64,000 nucleotides of DNA. Origin: a bacterium (GTDB lineage: Bacteria; Acidobacteriota; Blastocatellia; HR10). The notes below the pieces were generated by a model. The model did no database searches, was not told the origin of the DNA, and worked only from the letters and a program-made list of their open reading frames with translations. Of the stretch, positions 28,384 through 37,425 are shown piece after piece. The stretch is taken from contig JBEPZV010000008.1 in NCBI GenBank assembly GCA_041640655.1, forward strand, positions 18,512 through 82,511, read 5' to 3'. Position 1 is the first letter of the stretch. The number at the start of each line of letters is the position of its first letter. The translations under genes and the position numbers were made by a program.

Positions 28384-28977
28384 ATGGAGGCATCGCTCGT
28401 TGCCATAGACGTCGCGTTTCTACTGCCAGAGGACGTTCAGAAGCGGGCCGAGGCCGTGAACGCGAGGCTGTGGGCGCAGGGCCAGGGAGGGTTTCGCTTC
28501 GACCAGACGCACTGGCCGCACATCACGCTCCTTCAGCAGTTCGTCCGACGCTCGCGCCTGCCCGAGATCTTCGCAGCCGTGGAGTCGCAGCTTGAGGCGT
28601 TCTCCCCAATGACGCTCACGGTCTCCGGGATCGAAGCCCGTGGCGAGACCGTGCAGTTTGTCATCGCACCGCATCCGGAGTTGCAACGGCTCCATGAGCG
28701 CCTCATGGACGCGCTCGCGCCCTTTGATGAGGGGGATGGGCCTGCTGAGGCCTTCGCCGATGGCGACGAACCGCCCCGACCGCGCGACCTCGAATGGGTC
28801 CGAAACTACCGCGCGCAAGCCTCCGGCGCGCACTACTTCCCACATATCACCCTGGGCAAGGGCGTGGTGACCGAGCCGATCGCTCCCTTCTCCTTCACGG
28901 CCGATCGCCTCGCTCTCTGTCAACTCGGGCGCTTTTGCACGTGCCGTGTGATCCTACGGGAATGGAGGTTGACGTAG
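28384..28977 (+). CDS. 2H phosphoesterase (2'-5' RNA ligase superfamily)
   Basis: Two PHITL (HxT) motifs. Confidence 0.85.
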   Translation: MEASLVAIDVAFLLPEDVQKRAEAVNARLWAQGQGGFRFDQTHWPHITLLQQFVRRSRLPEIFAAVESQLEAFSPMTLTVSGIEARGETVQFVIAPHPELQRLHERLMDALAPFDEGDGPAEAFADGDEPPRPRDLEWVRNYRAQASGAHYFPHITLGKGVVTEPIAPFSFTADRLALCQLGRFCTCRVILREWRLT

Positions 28978-29514
28978 ATGAGCGACACGCTGGGCTTGCT
29001 ATTCCGAACCGCACAGCGCACCCCGCTTCGGGTGGGGATTCTCATCGCACTGCTTCTTATGCTCGCATTCTCGCTTGCGGATACGCAGCGCGCGGCACGG
29101 CCGGATCGCATCGCTTTCGAAGTGAGCGCGGATCGGCTGGAGTACGTCTACAACCTCATGCCTCCGCGCCCTCCCGTTGTCCCCGGACCCACCGTGCGCG
29201 TGCGCATCCGCCTCACGAATGAGTCGGCCGAAGCGCTCGCGCTCGATTTCCTCAGCTCGCAACGGTTCGATGTCCTTCTGGAGGATGAGCGAGGGGAGGT
29301 CGTCTTTCGCTGGTCCGAAGGCAAAATCTTCCTCCCCGTGCTCGGCCGTGAGACTGTGAAGCCTGGAGATTCGCTCGTCTACGAGGCGACGTTCGCGCTG
29401 CCGGGTTCGGATCGGGGGATTCTGCCTGCCGGACGATATGTGCTGCGAGGGCTGCTTGTGGCCGAGACGCCATTTTCCGGCGCCCTGCCTGTGCGGATCG
29501 TCCACGCCCACTAG
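28978..29514 (+). CDS. Exported protein with BsuPI (proteinase inhibitor-like) domain
   Basis: Hydrophobic N-terminus; LTNES...LDFLSSQRFDV...GEVVFRWSEGKIF...VKPGD pattern. Confidence 0.65.
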   Translation: MSDTLGLLFRTAQRTPLRVGILIALLLMLAFSLADTQRAARPDRIAFEVSADRLEYVYNLMPPRPPVVPGPTVRVRIRLTNESAEALALDFLSSQRFDVLLEDERGEVVFRWSEGKIFLPVLGRETVKPGDSLVYEATFALPGSDRGILPAGRYVLRGLLVAETPFSGALPVRIVHAH

Positions 29515-29532
29515 CTGAAGGAGCCGCGCACG

Positions 29533-30735
29533 TTAGGGATCTCGTGCCGCCAGGCGCTCCAAGTACTGCGGGGACATCGCGCGCAACCGTTCCACTTCCT
29601 CTGGGAGGACCTCAAGCACATATGCGATCTCCTCGCGCGTGGTGTCCTTGCTCAGGGAGAACCGCAGGCTCCCTTGCACGAGATCGCGCGGGCGCCCGAG
29701 CGCCAGAAGCACATGCGAAGGTTCGAGCGATCCCGAGGAGCACGCAGCGCCCGTCGAGACGGCGATGCCCCGCAGATCGAGCCGGATCAGGAGCGCTTCC
29801 CCATCGAGGAACTGGAAGCTGAAGTTGGAGATGTTCGGGACCCGCTGCTCGCGATGGCCATTTCGCAGGACGAAGGGGATGCGCTCTTCGATCCCTTGCT
29901 CCAGCATGTCGCGCAATGCGCGCATGTGTCGGATGCGGTCGGGAAGCTGCTGGCGCGTCAATTCAGCCGCTCGTCCGAAGCCGACGATGGCGGGCACATT
30001 CTCCGTCCCCGAGCGCCGATCCCGCTCATGATGACCGCCGTCCATCTGGCGCACGAGGCGCACCCCGCGCCGCAGATAGAGGGCCCCGGCGCCTTTCGGG
30101 CCGTGAATCTTGTGCGCGGAGAAGGTCAACAGATCCACCCCCAGCTCATCCACGTGCACGGGCATCTTCCCCACGGCCTGCACGGCGTCGGTGTGGAGAT
30201 ACGGATAGGGCTGACCGCGCTCGGCGCGCACGCGCCGGACGAGTTCGGCGATCTCGCGAATGGGCTGGATCGTGCCGATCTCATTATTGGCGAGCATGAT
30301 GCTGATCAGGATCGTGTCGGGGCGAAGCGCGGCATGAACGTCCTCGATGCGCACGAGCCCGTCCGGAGAGACGGGCAGATAGGTCACCTCAAAGCCGCGC
30401 CGCTCCAAGGCCCGACAGCTCTCAAGTACAGCGGGATGTTCGATCTGCGAGGTGATGAGATGCCGCCCCCGCTGCCCATGCGCTTCGGCGATCCCCTTCA
30501 GGGCGAGATTGTCCGACTCCGTCCCGCCACTGGTGAAGATGATCTCCGAGGGATCGGCACCGATCAACTCGGCCACGCGCGCGCGCGCCTCCTCGACGGC
30601 CGCGCGCGCTCGCTGCCCGAAGGCGTGAACGGACGAGGCATTGCCATACTCCTCCCGGAGATACGGGAGCATGGCCTCCAGCACCTCGGGGTCAAGGCGC
30701 GTCGTCGCCGCATTGTCCAGATACACACGCCGCAT
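29533..30735 (-). CDS. iscS: Cysteine desulfurase, class I (IscS/NifS)
   Basis: [34 protein letters not shown] (PLP Lys), STGAACSSGS. Confidence 0.93.
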   Translation of the reverse strand: MRRVYLDNAATTRLDPEVLEAMLPYLREEYGNASSVHAFGQRARAAVEEARARVAELIGADPSEIIFTSGGTESDNLALKGIAEAHGQRGRHLITSQIEHPAVLESCRALERRGFEVTYLPVSPDGLVRIEDVHAALRPDTILISIMLANNEIGTIQPIREIAELVRRVRAERGQPYPYLHTDAVQAVGKMPVHVDELGVDLLTFSAHKIHGPKGAGALYLRRGVRLVRQMDGGHHERDRRSGTENVPAIVGFGRAAELTRQQLPDRIRHMRALRDMLEQGIEERIPFVLRNGHREQRVPNISNFSFQFLDGEALLIRLDLRGIAVSTGAACSSGSLEPSHVLLALGRPRDLVQGSLRFSLSKDTTREEIAYVLEVLPEEVERLRAMSPQYLERLAARDP

Positions 30736-30763
30736 ATGGAAAATTGTGCCGCCTCCGTCTAGA

Positions 30764-31570
30764 ATGTGCAACGTGCGGCCCAGCGGTGTGATCACGCTCC
30801 TGACCGACTTCGGCCTCGCCGATTTCTTCGTCGGGGCGATGAAGGGGGTCATTCTCTCGATTCATCGCGAGGCCGTGATTGTTGATCTCACGCACCTGAT
30901 CCCCCCCCAGGACATCTACGCGGCGGCTCTGACGCTGGCCGACTGCTACGCGACCTTTCCCGAGGGCACGATCCACGTGGCCGTCGTCGATCCGGGTGTC
31001 GGCTCCGAGCGACGCGCCGTGCTCATCGAGACCGCGCGATATTTCTTCATCGGTCCGGACAATGGGCTCTTCACCCTCGTCGTGGAGAATGAGTCGCTGC
31101 AGCGCGCCATCCAGATCACGGCCGAACGCTTCTTCCGCCATCCGGTGAGCCGGACATTTCACGGGCGAGATGTCTTCGCCCCGGTCGCGGCGTGGCTCGC
31201 GCGCGGCGTGCCCCCATCGGAGTTCGGGCCGGAAGTCTTGGACCTGACGCGCCTGCCGATTCCTCGCGTGGAACGCCTGGACGAGAAGCGATGGCGCGGT
31301 CAGGTCATTCACGTGGACCGCTTCGGCAACCTGATCACCAACGTGACGGCGCGCGATGTCCCCCTGGAGGCTCTGCGCCAGGGAGGGAGACTCCTCGTCA
31401 ACGATCATGAGGTGTCCGCCCTGCACACGCACTATCACGAGGCGGCTCCGGGGGAACTCTTCGCCCTGGTGGGCAGCACCGGCCGCGTGGAGATCGCCGT
31501 CCGAGAGGGATCAGCCGCTACAGCGCTGGGCGTGGGTCGAGGCGCGACGGTGGAGATTCTTCTCCCGTGA
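30764..31570 (+). CDS. DUF62 family SAM hydroxide adenosyltransferase (SAM hydrolase/chlorinase family)
   Basis: ITLLTDFG, VVDPGVGSERR, GPDNG, TFHGRDVFAP, VDRFGNLITN; start ATG 30764 or GTG 30773. Confidence 0.9.
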   Translation: MCNVRPSGVITLLTDFGLADFFVGAMKGVILSIHREAVIVDLTHLIPPQDIYAAALTLADCYATFPEGTIHVAVVDPGVGSERRAVLIETARYFFIGPDNGLFTLVVENESLQRAIQITAERFFRHPVSRTFHGRDVFAPVAAWLARGVPPSEFGPEVLDLTRLPIPRVERLDEKRWRGQVIHVDRFGNLITNVTARDVPLEALRQGGRLLVNDHEVSALHTHYHEAAPGELFALVGSTGRVEIAVREGSAATALGVGRGATVEILLP

Positions 31571-32783
31571 GGGGAGCGGCTCTCTCCACTGCTCGATAAA
31601 TGAAGCGGGCGCGCCCGAAGCGCACCTCGAATCCGTTTCGCAGCAAGTTCTCCCGCACGCGCTGTCCGTTGACGTACGTGCCGTTGGTGCTCCCCAAATC
31701 CACGACGACGAAACTGCCGCTCGGATGCCGGACGAACTTCGCATGGTGTTTGGAGACGGTCGGATCGTCAATGACGAAATGGTTATCGAGGGTCTTGCCC
31801 ACGGTGACCACGGGGCGATCGAGGATGAACGCGATCTGCTCGCGACCGTCTGGCAGTACCTGCACCAGATGCGGTTGATGCACGCGCGGGGGTGAAGTCG
31901 CGGGCAGCAGACTTGCCCCGCAGCAGAGGCATACGGTCACGTCCGCGCGCTGTTCTCTTCCACACGCGGGACAGACGCGCATCTCCCGCTCGGGAATCCG
32001 CGCGCCACACGCGGCGCACGCCTGCCCGATCGTCCCCACGCGCCCGCAGTTCGAACAAGGCGCCAGGCCCGTGAGCAGCATCGTCCCCTGCCGATGCGGT
32101 GAGCGCGCGACATGCCGCACGGTCCGGACCTCGACGTACGCGAAAATGGCGAACATGAGGAGCGCGACGATCCCCATCACCAAAGCGTTCGGCAGCAGAC
32201 CGTGCTGTCCGGCCGAGAGCAGTGCATCGAACAGCGCATGCAGCAGTGCCGCCCTCATCCACCCCCGAGCGATCGTGCGCGCGCGCACACTTCCGACATT
32301 GGGCAGCATCTTCGCCTGACTGAGCGCCAATCCCCAGAAGGCCGCGAACAACGCATGCCCGGGATTGGAGAGAATGCCCCGCACGATGAAGATCTCACTG
32401 CCGAATCGGCTCAAGTAGAGCACGTTCTCAGCCGCCGCGAACCCCAGCGCTGCTGCGGCCCCGTAGATGACGCCATCCACCGGCTCATCGAACTCCGGCC
32501 GGCGGTAGGCGTAGCTCATGACGGCCCACAGCTTCACCGCCTCCTCCACCGGGCCGACGACGAGAAAGAGGATGAGCCACTCGCCCACGAGATTCGATCC
32601 GAAGAGCCCCGAGAGTACCAGGGCGCCCACCGTGTTGAAGACCATCGCCGGCAGCGTCGCCACCGCGCCGAGCACGAACGTCCACACGATCGTGCGCAGC
32701 GGCTCTCGATCGTACCAGTCCTGAAACCAGAACCAGAGGAGCCACAGCACACAGGGGATGAGCGACAGAGCGAGCGTCTCCAT
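31518..32783 (-). CDS. PrsW-family intramembrane protease fused to double zinc ribbon and FHA domain
   Basis: DREP, VEEAVK (EExxK), FAAAEN, GHALF, HALFD; CSNC/CAAC/CPAC/CLCC; FHA VGK...VSKHHA...DLGSTNGTYVNG. Confidence 0.87.
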   Translation of the reverse strand: METLALSLIPCVLWLLWFWFQDWYDREPLRTIVWTFVLGAVATLPAMVFNTVGALVLSGLFGSNLVGEWLILFLVVGPVEEAVKLWAVMSYAYRRPEFDEPVDGVIYGAAAALGFAAAENVLYLSRFGSEIFIVRGILSNPGHALFAAFWGLALSQAKMLPNVGSVRARTIARGWMRAALLHALFDALLSAGQHGLLPNALVMGIVALLMFAIFAYVEVRTVRHVARSPHRQGTMLLTGLAPCSNCGRVGTIGQACAACGARIPEREMRVCPACGREQRADVTVCLCCGASLLPATSPPRVHQPHLVQVLPDGREQIAFILDRPVVTVGKTLDNHFVIDDPTVSKHHAKFVRHPSGSFVVVDLGSTNGTYVNGQRVRENLLRNGFEVRFGRARFIYRAVERAAPLTGEESPPSRLDPRPAL

Positions 32784-32784
32784 C

Positions 32785-34521
32785 TCACGCCGTCCGTTTC
32801 ACGACGAGCAGCGTCATATCATCGGCCGGGCGGGCCTTCCCGAGAAAGTGGCTGAGGGCCTCCTCGATACGATCGCGCAGGGCGGCGGCGCGCTGCTCGC
32901 GAGAGCGCCGCACGACCTCCACCAGGCGCGCGACGCCGAATTCCTCCCCGTGCTCGTTCGCGCTCTCACTGATCCCATCGCTGAAGAGGACGAGCACGTC
33001 TCCCGGCTCCAACCGGAGGCATTGCTCCTCGTACAGCGTCTCCTCCAGGATACCGACGGGAATCCCCCCCGTCTCCAGGAACTCCACTGATCCGTCCGCG
33101 CGCATGAGCAACGGCGGGTTATGCCCGGCGTTGGTGTAGCTCAACTCGTGCGCGCGTGGATTCAACCGCGCGAGCCAGAGCGTCGCGAACTTATTCGGAG
33201 CCGTCGTCTCGCAGAGATAGCGATTGATGGCCGCCATCATCTCGGCGACCGAAGCCGCCGAGCGCGCCTGAGCGCGTACGCTCGCATGCAGCGCCGACAT
33301 GAGCATCGCCGCATCCATCCCCTTGCCGCACACATCGCCCAGGGCGAGCAGCAACGTCCCTTCGGGCCCGCGAACGAAGTCGAAGTAATCCCCGCCGACT
33401 TCGTAGCAGGGGAAGCTGATGCCCGTCAGATCGTACCCCTCGACCTCGGGCGGCGCGACCGGCAGCAGTTGAAATTGCAGATCGCGCGCTTGAGCCAACT
33501 GGTGCTTGATCCGCTCATTCTCCAGGTGCTGCTCCAGCAGCAGCGCGTTCTCGATCTTGATCGCCGCGACCGACGCCACGGTCGTGAGCAGTTGCAAATC
33601 TTCCTCGGTGAACGCGCCCGCATTCATCGGATTGTCCACGTAGATCATCCCCACGACCGACGAGGGTGTCTCCCGCCGACCCCCCAGCAGGGGAACGGCC
33701 ATGATCGAACGGATGCCGCTCAGCAGAATCGAGTCGCGCTGGCGGAAGCGCTCGTCCGTCTGCGCATCAAAGGTGAGCACCGAGCGTCCGCGCTCGATGA
33801 CCTCCTCCAGGATCGAACGGCTGATGCGCACGACTTGCTCGACCACCGACGGCTCCTGTCCGCGATAGCCCGCGATCTTGCACGACCATTCTCCCTGAGC
33901 GCCTCGCAGCAAGAGGAACACGCGCTCGGCGGGGACCGCCTCCAGCACCAAACCAACGATCTGCCGGAGCACCTCATCGAGCGAGAGTGGAGAGAGCAAG
34001 GCGAGGCCGACCTGAGTGAGCACAGCCAACAGTCGTTTGCTCCGCTCGACCTCAGGCGGCAATCCGGGCACGGTGACCGAACGCGCCGCCTCGAGCAGAG
34101 AGACGATCTCGGGAGTCAGCGGCGGACGCTTCACGGATGATGTCGAGGTCAACGTCTCCGGGTGCGCGACGATCACGTCGCCAGTCCCCAGTTCGTCCAT
34201 CGGGACCTCGGCGCCAGAAATCGGCTCGGCAGGAGGGAGGAGCTCCAGTACCGTCTCCCCCACCTGAAGGCGATCGCCTGCAGCGACCGCGACCGTCCCC
34301 CGAATGCGGGCGCCGTTCAGATATGTGCCGTTGGCGCTCCCCAAGTCCGTCACCCACCACGTCTTCCCCTCCTCGCGCAGCTCCGCATGCACGCGCGAGG
34401 TGAAGGGATCGTCCACACAGAGATCGCTGCGCACCGAACGCCCGATGACGATCCGCCGTTTCCGGATCTCAACGACGATCGGCGCTCGACCCGGCGAATA
34501 CACCCTGAGCTTCACCATCAT
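32785..34521 (-). CDS. FHA-GAF-PP2C (SpoIIE-type) serine phosphatase
   Basis: IGRS...SRVHA...DLGSANGT (FHA); SIMAVPL...GMIYVDN (GAF); VGGDYFDF, GDVCGKG, NAGHNPP, FSDGI, DDMT. Confidence 0.92.
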   Translation of the reverse strand: MMVKLRVYSPGRAPIVVEIRKRRIVIGRSVRSDLCVDDPFTSRVHAELREEGKTWWVTDLGSANGTYLNGARIRGTVAVAAGDRLQVGETVLELLPPAEPISGAEVPMDELGTGDVIVAHPETLTSTSSVKRPPLTPEIVSLLEAARSVTVPGLPPEVERSKRLLAVLTQVGLALLSPLSLDEVLRQIVGLVLEAVPAERVFLLLRGAQGEWSCKIAGYRGQEPSVVEQVVRISRSILEEVIERGRSVLTFDAQTDERFRQRDSILLSGIRSIMAVPLLGGRRETPSSVVGMIYVDNPMNAGAFTEEDLQLLTTVASVAAIKIENALLLEQHLENERIKHQLAQARDLQFQLLPVAPPEVEGYDLTGISFPCYEVGGDYFDFVRGPEGTLLLALGDVCGKGMDAAMLMSALHASVRAQARSAASVAEMMAAINRYLCETTAPNKFATLWLARLNPRAHELSYTNAGHNPPLLMRADGSVEFLETGGIPVGILEETLYEEQCLRLEPGDVLVLFSDGISESANEHGEEFGVARLVEVVRRSREQRAAALRDRIEEALSHFLGKARPADDMTLLVVKRTA

Positions 34522-35134
34522 TGGCCTCCGTGACGACCCGCGTCCCACTCAGCAGATCATGCCACCCCCGTCCCTGCCCATCCACGAGCATCCAGAGGAA
34601 TCCCAGTCCGAGCGGGAGCGCCGCCAGCCCGTAGCCGAGCGTATGACGCAGGAGCGAACGTCCCCAAGAGAGGGGCTGGCCATCGGCGCGCACGATCTGG
34701 ATCCCCACAAGCGCCATCCCCACTGACTGCCCGCGCACGCTGCAGAGTATAAGATGGTTCACCAGCAAAACCAAGCACGCCGCGAGCGCGCTCCACATCG
34801 CCAGCTCCGCCAGCAGGAGGCGCCCCCGAAGGGCGACGGCCCCCATGACGGTCACTCCCATCGCTCCCAGAAGCAACACCAGGTCGAGAAAGAACGCCAC
34901 GAGTCGAACCACCAGGGGTGCCGGGGCGCGCCCGCCCGCGCGAGGAGGAGATTCCACCTCCTGCCACGGCATCGTGATCGCGCGCTCTCGAGGATCGAAG
35001 GCGGCAATCGTCGGGTCGGCGGGAGATTCGACCGCGTGCGCTGCTGCCGTCACCAGTGGCGCGCCACAGGCTCGGCAGAATCTCGCTCCCGGGCGCTGCG
35101 GCATGTGACATCGCAGACAATGACTCGTCACCAT
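34469..35134 (-). CDS. Zinc-ribbon + RDD family membrane protein
   Basis: CLRC...CRAC; RLVAFFLD, GQSVGMALVGIQIV, GWHDLLSGTRVV. Confidence 0.85.
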   Translation of the reverse strand: MVTSHCLRCHMPQRPGARFCRACGAPLVTAAAHAVESPADPTIAAFDPRERAITMPWQEVESPPRAGGRAPAPLVVRLVAFFLDLVLLLGAMGVTVMGAVALRGRLLLAELAMWSALAACLVLLVNHLILCSVRGQSVGMALVGIQIVRADGQPLSWGRSLLRHTLGYGLAALPLGLGFLWMLVDGQGRGWHDLLSGTRVVTEANDGEAQGVFAGSSADRR

Positions 35135-36636
35135 TCGCCCTCATGCCGGAAAAGCAGGGACACCTCACCGATCTGCACGCGATCTCCATCGTGGAGCGCC
35201 TGTGGGGTTCGCGGCGGGAGCAACCGACGACCGTTGACGAGCGTCCCGTTGACGCTCGCCAGGTCCTCAATCCAATATCGCCCCTCCGCCCGCCAGATGC
35301 GCGCATGCCGGCGCGAGACCGTGGCCCCCGGATCGTACGGGGACAAATCCACGTCCGGGAAGATGCCGGAGATCGGATCGGCACGACCGATGAGATTCGA
35401 CTCCTTGAGCAAAGCTCGCGTTGCCCGCACTTCCCCCGAGCGCGGATCGCAAACGAACAGATAGGCGCTCGCCCGCATGGGCTCGACTTCGATCGGTTGA
35501 CGTGCGCCGCAGTACGCGCAATAGAGATCGTCCGCTCCGATGCTCACCCCGCAATAGCTGCAGTAGACCGTGCCCACGTCCAGGCGAGGCGCGACTTCTG
35601 ATCCCGCGCGGCGGACGAGATCGCCGAACGCCATGCGATAGGCGTGCTCCAGACGATCGCCGCACTGCTCGCGCAGGAAGGCCAGATGTTCTTCCAGCGC
35701 GCTCTTCATCTCGCGCGCCGAGGCGAACCGATCTTCGGGCGCATAGGCGACGGCGCGCATGAGGAGGCGCTCCATCTGGGGCGTGAGCTCGGGAGTATAT
35801 TGGCGCGGCGTCGGATTCCGCGTGAAGTCGAAGATCAGCAGCGGTTGATCGCGCGGGTCTACCCCCGTCAGCAGATGAAACATCGTGGCGCCCAGCGAAT
35901 AGATGTCCGAACGCGGCTCGACCTGCCCAGAGAACAGCTCCGGCGGCGCATACCCCATTGTGCCGACGGCCGTCACCCCCTTCTCCTGAGGGGCGACGAC
36001 GCGCGCGATCCCAAAGTCAATGAGTACGATGCGATTGGCCTCGGGATCAATCATGATGTTGGCCGGTTTCAGGTCCCGATAGATGATCGGCGGCTGCCGC
36101 GTGTGCAGGTAATCGAGCACATCGCAGATCTGAATGGCCCACATCGTGACGGTCAGCTCGTCGAAACGCCCGCCGACCAACTGCAGCCGCGTGGCCAGAT
36201 CCCCCCCCGAGATGAACTCCATGACGAGATAGTATCGCCCCCCTTCGACGAAATGGTCATAGATGATCGGGATCGAAGGGTGTCGGAGGCTGGCCAGAAG
36301 CCGCGCTTCGCGCTGGAAGTCGAGGATGGCTTTCTCCCGAAGTGCGGGATCGGAGAACATCTCGATCATCTCCTTGACGGCTCGCACGGCACCATTCAGA
36401 TGGCGGTCACGAGCTTGATAGACATTCCCCATGCCCCCTCCCCCGACCCGCCGCACGATCTCATAGCGCCCGCGTAAGACCGCACCAGGAGGCAACTCCG
36501 CGAGCGGGGCGAAAGCTCCCGGCCTCCCGCCCTCCATCTCCCCGAATGAGCCGGAGAAGACTTGCCGCGCCCCACATTCGCCGCAGAAGAGATCCTCCGG
36601 GTGAACGGGTGATCCGCACCGCGCGCAGAACTTCAT
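35128..36636 (-). CDS. Hanks-type Ser/Thr protein kinase with two zinc ribbons and C-terminal FHA
   Basis: CARC/CGEC; GGGGMGNVY, AVKEM, YRDLKPANI, DFG, GTMGYAPPE, SDIYSLG; CSYC/CAYC; GR...VSRRHA...SVNGT. Confidence 0.94.
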   Translation of the reverse strand: MKFCARCGSPVHPEDLFCGECGARQVFSGSFGEMEGGRPGAFAPLAELPPGAVLRGRYEIVRRVGGGGMGNVYQARDRHLNGAVRAVKEMIEMFSDPALREKAILDFQREARLLASLRHPSIPIIYDHFVEGGRYYLVMEFISGGDLATRLQLVGGRFDELTVTMWAIQICDVLDYLHTRQPPIIYRDLKPANIMIDPEANRIVLIDFGIARVVAPQEKGVTAVGTMGYAPPELFSGQVEPRSDIYSLGATMFHLLTGVDPRDQPLLIFDFTRNPTPRQYTPELTPQMERLLMRAVAYAPEDRFASAREMKSALEEHLAFLREQCGDRLEHAYRMAFGDLVRRAGSEVAPRLDVGTVYCSYCGVSIGADDLYCAYCGARQPIEVEPMRASAYLFVCDPRSGEVRATRALLKESNLIGRADPISGIFPDVDLSPYDPGATVSRRHARIWRAEGRYWIEDLASVNGTLVNGRRLLPPRTPQALHDGDRVQIGEVSLLFRHEGEW

Positions 36637-37205
36637 ATCCCTTCGATGAGAAACCGCAAGAAGGTCTTCCCCACGATGATCTCGTCGCCGTGCCGCAGCG
36701 GCACGGGCTGATGCGGGTGGAGCCGAGGCCCGCGATTCACGAACGTCCCGTTCAGGCTCCCCAGATCTTCGATCCAGAATCGCCCCTCCCGATAGAAGAT
36801 GCGCGCGTGGCGGCGAGAGACCTTGGCCTCGGGATCGTCTTCGTCCAGATCGATCTCGGGGAAGATCCCGTGCTCGGCATCCCACCGTCCGAGCATCACC
36901 TCCGACTCCCAGATGGGGAACTCCCGACCGACACGACCGCCGCGCACAAGCACCAATTTCGCTCGCGGCCGGCGATCTGGGGGGGAACGGTCTGGAAGCG
37001 CCGCGCCTTCAGCCGGAGAGACCATCGGCGGCCTCTCGGCGGGCGCGCGTCCGGAGGGTCGAGCGCTCGGCTTCGGTGAATCCGCCGCCTCTTCTGCAGG
37101 CGTCGCCTGCCCGCTCTCAGCGTCCGACGCCAGGCTCACCCCGCACGCGTCACAATACGTTGAGTCCTCCAGATTCTCCATCCCGCACCGGCGACAGCGG
37201 ATCAT
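36633..37205 (-). CDS. Zinc-ribbon + FHA adaptor protein
   Basis: CRRC...CDAC, Pro/Ala/Ser linker, LGRWD...VSRRHARI...DLGSLNGT. Confidence 0.9.
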   Translation of the reverse strand: MIRCRRCGMENLEDSTYCDACGVSLASDAESGQATPAEEAADSPKPSARPSGRAPAERPPMVSPAEGAALPDRSPPDRRPRAKLVLVRGGRVGREFPIWESEVMLGRWDAEHGIFPEIDLDEDDPEAKVSRRHARIFYREGRFWIEDLGSLNGTFVNRGPRLHPHQPVPLRHGDEIIVGKTFLRFLIEGI

Positions 37206-37277
37206 CGGACGCGCGCCTCCTTATGAATTGCATCTTGATGCAGAATACCACAAAAAGTCGCTCGCCGCAAAAAGCCC

Positions 37278-37306
37278 TTGATTTTCTTGCCGGTGGTGAC
37301 TATATT
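37278..37306 (+). promoter_or_regulatory. Sigma-70 promoter of speD operon
   Basis: TTGATT-17-TATATT. Confidence 0.65.
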
Positions 37307-37425
37307 GAACAGTCTTGCCGAATCATGTGGCCGGCAGGGAGGAGAACCTGAACGTTTCGGGTTCGCCTCTCGTTGGTTGAACGAAGGAGGTGATCACGAT
37401 TCCGATTCGAGGAGGGTGAAGGAAC

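Noticed and set aside
28234..29514. tRNA-Leu as a genomic-island attachment site
   Set aside because: No integrase, no duplicated tRNA 3' end noticed, and no obvious compositional shift
30764..31570. Fluorinase/chlorinase of a halometabolite cluster
   Set aside because: Motifs fit the common DUF62 SAM hydrolase type and no biosynthetic genes are nearby
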